A stretch of 26,961 bases of DNA from a virus. Lineage: Duplodnaviria > Caudoviricetes. Shown here piece after piece: positions 18,093 through 25,503 of the stretch; positions within the stretch are counted from its first letter, which is position 1; every line of letters starts with the position of its first letter. Under the pieces are notes generated by a model, which was given only the letters and a program-made list of their open reading frames with translations, did not search any database and was not told the origin of the DNA. A program made the position numbers and the translations under genes. The stretch spans positions 1 to 26,961 of the IMG/VR virus record IMGVR_UViG_3300031941_000025. One strand, 5' to 3'.

Positions 18093-19412
18093 TCACTTCC
18101 AATCGAGGTTTACTAAGTAAGTAGCCGCCGGAGGGGCGGTAGAATCGTTGTCGGCAATGCCGAGAGTAACACAGTAGCCAAGGCCGTTGACCGTCTTCAC
18201 TCCAGGGCCGAAGGTTGCGTTGGCGATGGCGCCGATGGAGGTTGTAGGCGGTGGGGGCGGGGAGGTTGCGACGGGTTCCAGAATAACCCGCGAGGAGTTG
18301 TCTTCTAGCAGAACGTAGCCGTTACCCGACGGATCGATGAGCAGGAGCGACTGAACCGGCGGCGGTGGCGGGGAAGTCCCGCCCGGGGCCGCGGGGATCA
18401 TTAGGCGCTTGATCGGGGTTCCAGAGCCGCAGACCGGAACGGTAGAGAGGTCGTAGATTTTAACATACGCCGGAACAGCTCCGATGCCGGATAGCTGCGC
18501 CCCGTAGAGGTTCGCTGAGGTGGTTTTGAGATTGATCCCGGTTGTGTTGGCGGCCGCGATGTTGCCGGTTGTGGTGGAGGGTTGGTAGGGCTGATTTGCT
18601 GGAGCATTCGCGACAGTGGCGGCGTAGATGCCCTTAAGGGCCGCGACCACTGACGAAGTTCCAGAGCCACCATAGGCCACATCGGCCGTGTTTCCGAGTG
18701 CGATGTTGGCGCCATTGGCTTCCGTCACACCGCCGATGGAATTCGTTCCGGCCGGGAGGGAGGAGATGGTGATAGCGTTGTAAACCCCCTTAAGTGCCGC
18801 CACAACGCTCGCTGCTCCACCACCGCCTGCGTATGGTGCGTCGGCCGTGTTGCCCAAAGCCACATCGGCGCCGTTGGCGATGGTCACCGCTCCGCCGCTT
18901 CCGCCGCCTCCACCACCTCCGGTCCCAGACCAAATGCCCGTGCCCGCGGAGAGGTTGATCGACGAAGTTCCGGCGGCGGTTATGGCCGCGATGGTAGTGT
19001 TGGCCCCGACGGTGAGCGCAAGGGCACCGCCGGGAGCCACTTGGTCGCCGGTGGTAGGGGTGACGGTGACCCCGGCGACACCAAGCTTCACAAACACGGC
19101 CGATGCGCCGGTGTTGTAGACAATCACCGTGGCGCCGACTGGCATGAGCACATTGGCCGTGGTGGTAGTAACGGCGAGGGTTGCGTAGTTTCCGTTCGGA
19201 GTAAAGCCGGTGATGGTGGCCGAGAAAGACCCGGTGGTCTTCAGGTTCCCGTTAACATCGACCTGAATCTGACAATAATACCCTGGATTGCAGGTCGGCG
19301 GTGTGGCCAAATAGGCCCCGGCGATGGCCGCTATTCCCGGCGGCGGAATAGTCTGCGCTTCCGCCGCTCGAAGGGCTATGACCGAGACGCTTGCGAGGAG
19401 TAACTTGCGCAT
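18093..19412 (-). CDS. Multidomain fibre/decoration-like protein with Sec signal peptide
   Basis: Signal MRKLLLASVSVIALRAAEA/Q; GAGG RBS; Thr/Ala/Gly-rich beta-sandwich-like domains, poly-Gly linker, two internal repeats and a Pro-flanked insert. Confidence 0.75.
   Translation of the reverse strand: MRKLLLASVSVIALRAAEAQTIPPPGIAAIAGAYLATPPTCNPGYYCQIQVDVNGNLKTTGSFSATITGFTPNGNYATLAVTTTTANVLMPVGATVIVYNTGASAVFVKLGVAGVTVTPTTGDQVAPGGALALTVGANTTIAAITAAGTSSINLSAGTGIWSGTGGGGGGGSGGAVTIANGADVALGNTADAPYAGGGGAASVVAALKGVYNAITISSLPAGTNSIGGVTEANGANIALGNTADVAYGGSGTSSVVAALKGIYAATVANAPANQPYQPSTTTGNIAAANTTGINLKTTSANLYGAQLSGIGAVPAYVKIYDLSTVPVCGSGTPIKRLMIPAAPGGTSPPPPPVQSLLLIDPSGNGYVLLEDNSSRVILEPVATSPPPPPTTSIGAIANATFGPGVKTVNGLGYCVTLGIADNDSTAPPAATYLVNLDWK
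18620..18885 (-). repeat. Two ~37-aa internal protein repeats in the 439-aa fibre-like gene
   Basis: TIANGADVALGNTADAPYAGGGGAASVVAALKGVYNA versus TEANGANIALGNTADVAYGGSGTSSVVAALKGIYAA. Confidence 0.85.
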
Positions 19413-19419
19413 GGCATCC

Positions 19420-19863
19420 TCACGGGAATTGGGCGTAATAGACTATCGCGGCTATGGTGCCTACGGAAGGAGTGAAGCAAAGGCCATCGCCGCGATTCGA
19501 TTGAGTAATGGCGAAACCTTGGTGATCGGTCGACGGGGCCGTCGAGGACACATTCAACGCCGGGGTGATTGCGGTGGTGCCAGTGTCGCATGGGGTTGTG
19601 GTCTGGGTCCCGGTGGTGATCGTGAATGTGCCATTCGGCCCGGTGTTGGTCACATGCCATCCGCAAATGTAGATGGTCATCGAAACCGGCTGAGAGATCG
19701 GCGCCACGAGCTGTTGGGCAGTCGTCGGCCCAACGGCCATTATAGCCGCCCGGTTGCAGAGGATTTGGTTCGGTGGCCCAGAGATTGAGGTCTGAGGCCG
19801 AGCGGGAGAACTCAGCCCCAGCCACAGGAGACCGACCAAGGAGGCACAGAGGATCGGTCTCAT
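19420..19863 (-). CDS. Small beta-sandwich decoration-like protein with Sec signal peptide
   Basis: Leader MRPILCASLVGLLWLGLSSPA(RP)/Q; GAGG RBS; 4 Cys in the mature part. Confidence 0.7.
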   Translation of the reverse strand: MRPILCASLVGLLWLGLSSPARPQTSISGPPNQILCNRAAIMAVGPTTAQQLVAPISQPVSMTIYICGWHVTNTGPNGTFTITTGTQTTTPCDTGTTAITPALNVSSTAPSTDHQGFAITQSNRGDGLCFTPSVGTIAAIVYYAQFP

Positions 19864-19867
19864 GTTG

Positions 19868-20320
19868 CTACCTCAATGGATACCAGGTGTTCGTTGCCTG
19901 AACATAGCGCAGTTCCTTCGAGGCACCGGCCGCGAGGGTGGTGAGGGCGATATTTCCGCCCACTATGGTCTGCGAGCCCGAGGGCACTATAGAGAAGACG
20001 TTAGTGGCGAAGGCGGCGGTAGTGCCATTCACCACCTCCACAATCTGGCCGTTGAGCGGGGATGGCGGAAGGGTGATGTTGGCGGCCGCGGCCGGTTGGG
20101 CGGTGATGATGATGTCAGAAGCCGACTGCGACATCGTCATCGGGGCGGTGAGGGCGGTGGTCAGGACCCCTTGCGAGTTCTGGACCATGAACGTGCAAAG
20201 ATACCCGGCCGATGGTCCGCCGGGGCCTTGGCCAGCGTTCCAACACTCCTGGCCGGTGATATTCGGCGCCGCTTGGGCGGTGAGGAGGAGGGCCGCTAGG
20301 GCCCCCAGAATCTTCTTCAT
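19868..20320 (-). CDS. Head decoration/fibre-like protein with Sec signal peptide
   Basis: GGAGG RBS 5 nt before ATG 20320 (MKKILGALAALLLTAQA/A); ITLPPSPLNGQIVEVVN...TNTWY fibre-type domain; directly follows the cement gene. Confidence 0.75.
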   Translation of the reverse strand: MKKILGALAALLLTAQAAPNITGQECWNAGQGPGGPSAGYLCTFMVQNSQGVLTTALTAPMTMSQSASDIIITAQPAAAANITLPPSPLNGQIVEVVNGTTAAFATNVFSIVPSGSQTIVGGNIALTTLAAGASKELRYVQATNTWYPLR

Positions 20321-20331
20321 TGATCCCTCCA

Positions 20332-20856
20332 TTAATTCGGGATCGTGAGCCCGGGCGGATAGCCGCCCATGACTGCGTTAGCCTGCTCTGGCTGATCCAT
20401 GCGATCGAGGACGATGAAGGAGGAAATGGCGCCAGCGGTGATAGAAGCGCCGCCAACGACATAGTTGAGCTGGAGGAACCGAGGGATCGGCTGGTCCAGT
20501 GGAGGCCTGGGAAGGTCCATGTCATAGAGCCGGGCGCCCTGAACCAAAGAGGCGAGAGCGTAGACCGGCGAGGCCCACCATGAGGCCCACGTGCCAGGGG
20601 CGCCAGAGCCGTTATCTGGCGCTCCCTGGAGAACCACTTGCAACGTTGCGCCAGCGCCAGCGACAGTAGTGGCGATTTGAACCAGCATCTTGAGGGCCGG
20701 GTCATCGCCGATACCAAGGTCTCTAGCGCCGCCTCCACCGGCCGAAGTCGGGAGGCCAACTAGCCCAAGGTCCAGGACATTGGTCGAGGTGTAGGTTCCG
20801 GTAGCGTGGACCAAAGAGGCCGCGTTGTCGAATTGGAGCAGTCCTTCGAGGATCAT
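20332..20856 (-). CDS. Capsid cement/decoration protein (Bbp16-like)
   Basis: MILEGLLQF...STNVLDL...RDLGIG...TLQVVLQGAPDNG...PRFLQLNYVV motifs; directly follows the capsid gene (TAATG). Confidence 0.85.
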   Translation of the reverse strand: MILEGLLQFDNAASLVHATGTYTSTNVLDLGLVGLPTSAGGGGARDLGIGDDPALKMLVQIATTVAGAGATLQVVLQGAPDNGSGAPGTWASWWASPVYALASLVQGARLYDMDLPRPPLDQPIPRFLQLNYVVGGASITAGAISSFIVLDRMDQPEQANAVMGGYPPGLTIPN

Positions 20857-21899
20857 TACGTCACCTGTGCTTCGTTGTTGAGGATTGCGTCGCAGGTCCG
20901 GATCGGGACGCCACGGAAGGTGGTGATGACCTTACCTTCGAATTCTTCGAGCCGGAGCAGGACGTTGGTCTTGTTCATGGCCTGAAGATCGAGGTAGGTG
21001 CGGACAACGCGGTTGGCGTAGATCACCACGCGGCCCATGTTCGCCCGAACTTCTGGGGTGTCGGAGGTCTGGACGGCGGTAGCGGCCGCAGGAGCGGTCG
21101 GCATCCGATACAGCGCGCGGACGAGGAGGTTGATCAGGTTCGCCGCTGAGACACCGGTGAGCTGGGTGACATCGATGTTGCAGATTCTGGCCGCATAGCG
21201 CCAGTCGCGGAGGACCAGGCCGATTTCCCACTTAAAGTGGTCCCGATAGGCCTGGTAAGTGTTCCCGGAGACATCCTGCACCGGCCACTCGCCCATGTCC
21301 CTATGTTGAAGGCCGGTGATCTTTCCCTTTGGGAATGTTGCGTGGAGGGTGTCTGAGCCCCACGTAACGAGCCAGAGGGAAGTGTTGGTGTTAGACAAAC
21401 CGCCTCCAGCGAGGATGTTCGCAGCGGTCTGTGAGTTGGCCGGGTTGATCGTCGAATATCTCGGGGCAAACCCGGTGAACCGTTCGGGGTTAGCGAACTG
21501 GTTCCCATAGATCAGCGTGGCCGCGACCTGTTGGGACATACCTTCGAGGAATGCCCGAACCTCCGAGAGTCTGAACTCAGCGGTGTTACCGTTGAGGTCG
21601 GCGATGTCTTTGTCGATCACCGCGTAGGTTTCGAGATTCCCGACGGTGTCGACGATCTGCGCGGTGGTTGATTTGGCGTTCGGGACGCCGGTGTTGAGCA
21701 AGCGCCAAGTGGCCTGGGGCAGTCCTGTCCGGACTGTGGTTTTATGGCCGGTTGGCAGGTTCCCTTCGACGACCAACATGTCATCGAGGATTTCATTCGT
21801 CTGCGAAAGTAGTTCGATGATGGAGGCGACTCGATAGCCGTCATCCATCCGTTTGGCCCAATCCGCATAGGTCAGGGCCGTTGCGCCAATGATAGCCAT
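20856..21899 (-). CDS. Major capsid protein (BPP-1 Bbp17/epsilon15 gp7-like, HK97 fold)
   Basis: LTYADWAKR...IIELLSQTNEILDDM...EGNLPTGHKTTVRTGLPQATWR...GLVLRDWRYAARICNID...FRGVPIRTCDAILNNE. Confidence 0.95.
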   Translation of the reverse strand: MAIIGATALTYADWAKRMDDGYRVASIIELLSQTNEILDDMLVVEGNLPTGHKTTVRTGLPQATWRLLNTGVPNAKSTTAQIVDTVGNLETYAVIDKDIADLNGNTAEFRLSEVRAFLEGMSQQVAATLIYGNQFANPERFTGFAPRYSTINPANSQTAANILAGGGLSNTNTSLWLVTWGSDTLHATFPKGKITGLQHRDMGEWPVQDVSGNTYQAYRDHFKWEIGLVLRDWRYAARICNIDVTQLTGVSAANLINLLVRALYRMPTAPAAATAVQTSDTPEVRANMGRVVIYANRVVRTYLDLQAMNKTNVLLRLEEFEGKVITTFRGVPIRTCDAILNNEAQVT

Positions 21900-21966
21900 A
21901 TTTGGTTCCTATTGTTCGAGTGGCTCGGTCCTGATCTGGGGGCTACCGTTCATCCCACTTAGGGGC

Positions 21967-22674
21967 TCAGGTGGTCGAAGAGGGAAGGTTCGGATACATG
22001 GCCTTTGCGGGCGAAGGTCGGGGCACTTGGCCGGTTGGGGTCTGCCCAAGAGGCGATGGCCCACCGCCAGAGACATGCTTTCCTTCGTTTACAAGGCCGG
22101 CGAATTTGCTCAGCACTCGGATAACGGCCGGATGATCGCCGGCGCCGGTTAGGTCGAGTGCATCGCGGAAATCCTTTTCCAGCGCCGCGTCGATAACGCG
22201 TTGGCCGGAAGAGTTCTGGACCATCAACGCTCGGCCGATATCGGTGCGGACGGTTTCCAGCTTTCCGGCGAGGTCTGGATGGTTAGTATAACCGTCTTTC
22301 CATTCCTTGCGCATACTCGACACCGATTCATCGATCTGCTTCTGAATCGCGATCTGGTTCTTCGAATACCAATCAACGAGCTTCTGGGCCTGATCCTGCG
22401 TCAGCTTGAGGTCTTTGAAGAGAGGAGTGGCCTCGGTGACGAGTTGGGCGGCGAGCTTATATCCCTCGGGGGCTTTGAATTCAGTGTAGGACTCGGGGGG
22501 TTCTTGCTGCCCGGTGGGCGCAGGCGGAACTTCCGGGGGCTTCGGGGCTTCCGGGGTAGGCGTTGGAGGCGTGTTGGCATCTTTGATCTCTCCGGTCGGG
22601 GTCCGGGCCTCAGGCGAATTGGCCAAGGGCGGTGTCGGCGTCGGTGTCGTCAGGTTCTCTGGGGCTCCGCTCAT
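21967..22674 (-). CDS. Capsid scaffolding protein
   Basis: Pro/Thr-rich N-terminus, PESYTEFKAPEG, LKLTQDQAQKLVD, TGAGDHPAVIR and C-terminal AKAMYPNL motifs; immediately upstream of the capsid gene. Confidence 0.85.
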   Translation of the reverse strand: MSGAPENLTTPTPTPPLANSPEARTPTGEIKDANTPPTPTPEAPKPPEVPPAPTGQQEPPESYTEFKAPEGYKLAAQLVTEATPLFKDLKLTQDQAQKLVDWYSKNQIAIQKQIDESVSSMRKEWKDGYTNHPDLAGKLETVRTDIGRALMVQNSSGQRVIDAALEKDFRDALDLTGAGDHPAVIRVLSKFAGLVNEGKHVSGGGPSPLGQTPTGQVPRPSPAKAMYPNLPSSTT

Positions 22675-22978
22675 CGGGTATCTCCTGGACTTGTGCTTCG
22701 CGCATCATGGCGACGAATTCATCGGGACAGAAATTCACTATATCAGAGTATAGTTTCAAACCAACATTCCGCTCGCCCTTGGCATAGGCCTCGTGCAGGG
22801 CGTTGCCGGTGAACGGGTCGTTGAATATGTGGCAGAATTCGAGGATGTTGTAGAAGAACCTCCGGCCTTGGATTGTTCGCATCGCCACGGTGAGGAACTC
22901 GATCCTCTCGCGCTCTAGGAGTTGGGCGCGCTTTTCTGCGCGGCGAATGTCTTTCCGATTTGAGGCGTCGTAGGTCAT
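22610..22978 (-). CDS. Bbp19-like protein
   Basis: MRTIQGRRFFYNILEFCHIF...AYAKGERNVGL motif; lies between portal and scaffold. Confidence 0.8.
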   Translation of the reverse strand: MTYDASNRKDIRRAEKRAQLLERERIEFLTVAMRTIQGRRFFYNILEFCHIFNDPFTGNALHEAYAKGERNVGLKLYSDIVNFCPDEFVAMMREAQVQEIPDERSPREPDDTDADTALGQFA

Positions 22979-24756
22979 TGGCCAGGTCCTCCGCCTGGGC
23001 CACCAGGTCCGACAGGGCCACCAGGTCCGCCGCCGCCCTGGCCACCCATGAGCGCCTGTAGCGCGTTCTGGCCTCCGCCAACATCCGCCTGCGAGAGGTT
23101 CTTGGCGCCTTGAGAAAGCTGTTGAGCAATAGCCGCTTGCTGCGCCTGTTGGTTCTGCTGCTGCCGCTGTTGGCGGATTTGCGCGAGGGCATCTTTGGAC
23201 CTAATCATCTTTGGATCGTTGTTGAGCAGGCTGGACATCTTCTCTAGGGAATAGTCCGTGTCGATGTTGTCCATAATCTCCGGGACCACCCCAACGAGGT
23301 TGCCGGCCATCGACAGGACCCGTTCGATCGAAGCCGCCTTCGTCGCCGCCTGGGCCTGCGCGAGCATCGAGACGAATTCGATGTTCATCATCTTCCCTTG
23401 CAGCTCTGCTGGCGCGGGTGGGAGAATCCCGGCCCGATTGGCGATCCCGAACACGCGTTCGATGATCGGCTTCAGGACTTCGTTGTCGATGCGCTCAAGC
23501 GCAGGGCCGAGCATGACCAAAGACTCTGACTTCCTCAGGTCCCATTCCACGGCCGTTACATTCGACCGGGTTTCATACTGCGAGGCCACTCTAAGTACAT
23601 CGTTGAAGAAAGTCTGGGAGAGGCGTTGCTTGACCATCTCCAAGTCGGCGGTGATTTCCTGAACCGGGAATTTGGTTTCATAAGCCGAGGCAAAGCCGGG
23701 CTTGCCGGCCGCTTGGAAGCCTTGGATGTATGTGATTCCGCCGGGAGTGAGATTGGCCGGTTGGTTCTTGAGCTGAACATCGGCCACAAGGGGCGGATTG
23801 ACCATCTTGTCAATGGCCTGAAGTTTGCGGCGGGTTTCAAGCTGTAATTGCTTCTGATCAGGTAACGCATCCATTCCCGGGGACCGGCCATAGGCATCAT
23901 TGGAGACCACGTCCCATCGGCCAGTAATCGCAGGAGGCTCATAGAAGCCGGACTTGCGGAGGAATGATTTCGGATCAGCAACCCCGCCTTGCGGCCCCGT
24001 CGAACCGCCCCATTCCCAATACGCTTCCCGGACTGGGAACCGAGTGGAGTAGCCGAATTCACTGGCTTTGCCATCGTCGTTGGGCTCTATAATATGCGCG
24101 ATGATCAGTTCTCTGGTTCGGTTGGCGCCGGCTTGGTCTTCGTAGAGTTGCTTGATCGGATCGGAGACGTTGTCGAAACCGAACTGGTCCACGCAGGCAT
24201 CGACGGTGAGGGTGAATTCGCGCATGAAAACCCTCGGCCGATACTTCCCATCGAGGTCGACGTAGTATTCGCCGAGGCAGGGATTGATACAGTATATAAC
24301 ATTCTCAAAGTCTTCGTAGACCAAAATCGAAGCTGTGCCAAAGACAACTAAGTCGAAATAAAACACCGCGATGGAGTTGTAGAAATTACTCTCGCTGAAT
24401 ATCAGATACAGGAGCCGTTCCACTTCCGCTAACCACAGGCTGACCGGAGTTGTCTCCGTAGAGTCTAGCCGGCCGATTCTCAGTCGGAACCATGGCTGCG
24501 TTGGGGAGGACTTGCCAGATACCAGACCTGAACCCAAATTCCGGGCGCATATCACACCCGTAGAGTCGAGTATGTGCTGGTTGATCGGCGAGCCACGGGC
24601 CAACTGATTTGGGGTTATAATCCATTTATACCTCCGGGGGAGAAAGTAGTCGGCCAGTTCGCGCCAATGCACCCACCAAGAATAGCGATTCACGCGCTCG
24701 CCGATCAATCGGCCTTCGCAATAGCGGCGATAGCGTAGGTCAGACTCGGTGGTCAT
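22975..24756 (-). CDS. Portal (head-tail connector) protein
   Basis: WRELADYFLPRR, ILDSTG...LGSGLVSG.SSPTQPWFRL, SNFY...DLVVFGT, RW...DAYGRSPGMDALPD, VTAVE...LGPALERIDNEVLKPII, IEFVSMLAQAQ motifs. Confidence 0.95.
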   Translation of the reverse strand: MTTESDLRYRRYCEGRLIGERVNRYSWWVHWRELADYFLPRRYKWIITPNQLARGSPINQHILDSTGVICARNLGSGLVSGKSSPTQPWFRLRIGRLDSTETTPVSLWLAEVERLLYLIFSESNFYNSIAVFYFDLVVFGTASILVYEDFENVIYCINPCLGEYYVDLDGKYRPRVFMREFTLTVDACVDQFGFDNVSDPIKQLYEDQAGANRTRELIIAHIIEPNDDGKASEFGYSTRFPVREAYWEWGGSTGPQGGVADPKSFLRKSGFYEPPAITGRWDVVSNDAYGRSPGMDALPDQKQLQLETRRKLQAIDKMVNPPLVADVQLKNQPANLTPGGITYIQGFQAAGKPGFASAYETKFPVQEITADLEMVKQRLSQTFFNDVLRVASQYETRSNVTAVEWDLRKSESLVMLGPALERIDNEVLKPIIERVFGIANRAGILPPAPAELQGKMMNIEFVSMLAQAQAATKAASIERVLSMAGNLVGVVPEIMDNIDTDYSLEKMSSLLNNDPKMIRSKDALAQIRQQRQQQNQQAQQAAIAQQLSQGAKNLSQADVGGGQNALQALMGGQGGGGPGGPVGPGGPGGGPGQ

Positions 24757-25217
24757 GAGACTCCGGTAGGTTCTTGGCGTTGTTTGGGTTCTATCTTCTT
24801 CATAGGCCTCAGGCGCTCCACACCCGGGCGGCGAGGACGAGGATCGGGCGTTAGGGCTGTTTCAGGAGCATCCCCTGTCATGCCTTCATCGCGCTGGCGA
24901 TATCTGAACAGCCCTCCCTTAACCGCTGAGCCGGGAGTGGCCGAACCGCCATGGCTGCTGACATCCGGCGTCTTGCCCATGAAGCCTTTATCCGGATCGC
25001 GTATATCTTCGATGTTCTTCGACCAGCCTTCTGGAACATTCGCGGCCAGTTCCTTCCGCGAATTATCCGGAAGATTTTGGTCGAGGGTAGAGCCTGGAGC
25101 GAAAAGCCGACCCTGTGCGTGCATGAGGCTCGCGGCCATGAGCAGGAAATGATCCGGCGGCATCGGCCGAGCGAACATCGGAACAACGTTATCGCTTTCG
25201 CTAGCCGGGACTTGCAT
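24753..25217 (-). CDS. Hypothetical protein (154 aa)
   Basis: AGGAG upstream of the ATG, 1 nt after the previous stop; ATGA overlap with the portal start. Confidence 0.65.
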   Translation of the reverse strand: MQVPASESDNVVPMFARPMPPDHFLLMAASLMHAQGRLFAPGSTLDQNLPDNSRKELAANVPEGWSKNIEDIRDPDKGFMGKTPDVSSHGGSATPGSAVKGGLFRYRQRDEGMTGDAPETALTPDPRPRRPGVERLRPMKKIEPKQRQEPTGVS

Positions 25218-25218
25218 G

Positions 25219-25503
25219 CTACGCTCCTAAGAGGGTCTTAGCGCCCACGTTCTGCTGCTGCGGAGCTGCGGCGGCGGCGGAAAGGAATGATTGACTCGGG
25301 CCAGTTGGGGTCCGGGCTGGTCCGGCCGGTGTCACCGGCGCTGCGGCCGGTTCCTGTTGCTTCGGGAGCATTTGCGGAATCGCTTGCACAAGCTGGGCCT
25401 CTTGAGCCGCCGCTTGCTGCGCTGCGATCATCTCTTCCCTTCGTTGGTGGGCCGGGGTGCCAGCGCCGAATGAAGCGAATAGGCCGGATATGGGAGAGGT
25501 CAT
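25219..25503 (-). CDS. Small pre-portal virion protein ending KTLLG
   Basis: ATG 25503 overlaps the terminase stop (ATGA); Ala/Gln/Pro-rich; C-terminal GAKTLLGA motif typical of the gene before the portal in this podovirus group. Confidence 0.75.
   Translation of the reverse strand: MTSPISGLFASFGAGTPAHQRREEMIAAQQAAAQEAQLVQAIPQMLPKQQEPAAAPVTPAGPARTPTGPSQSFLSAAAAAPQQQNVGAKTLLGA

Noticed and set aside
20320-20860. Capsid readthrough/frameshift extension or terminator after the capsid gene
   Set aside because: No slippery heptamer or hairpin-plus-U-tract seen; capsid and cement are coupled by a TAATG overlap.
22978-23045. Collagen-like repeat
   Set aside because: Too short and the Gly-X-Y register is broken; treated as low complexity.
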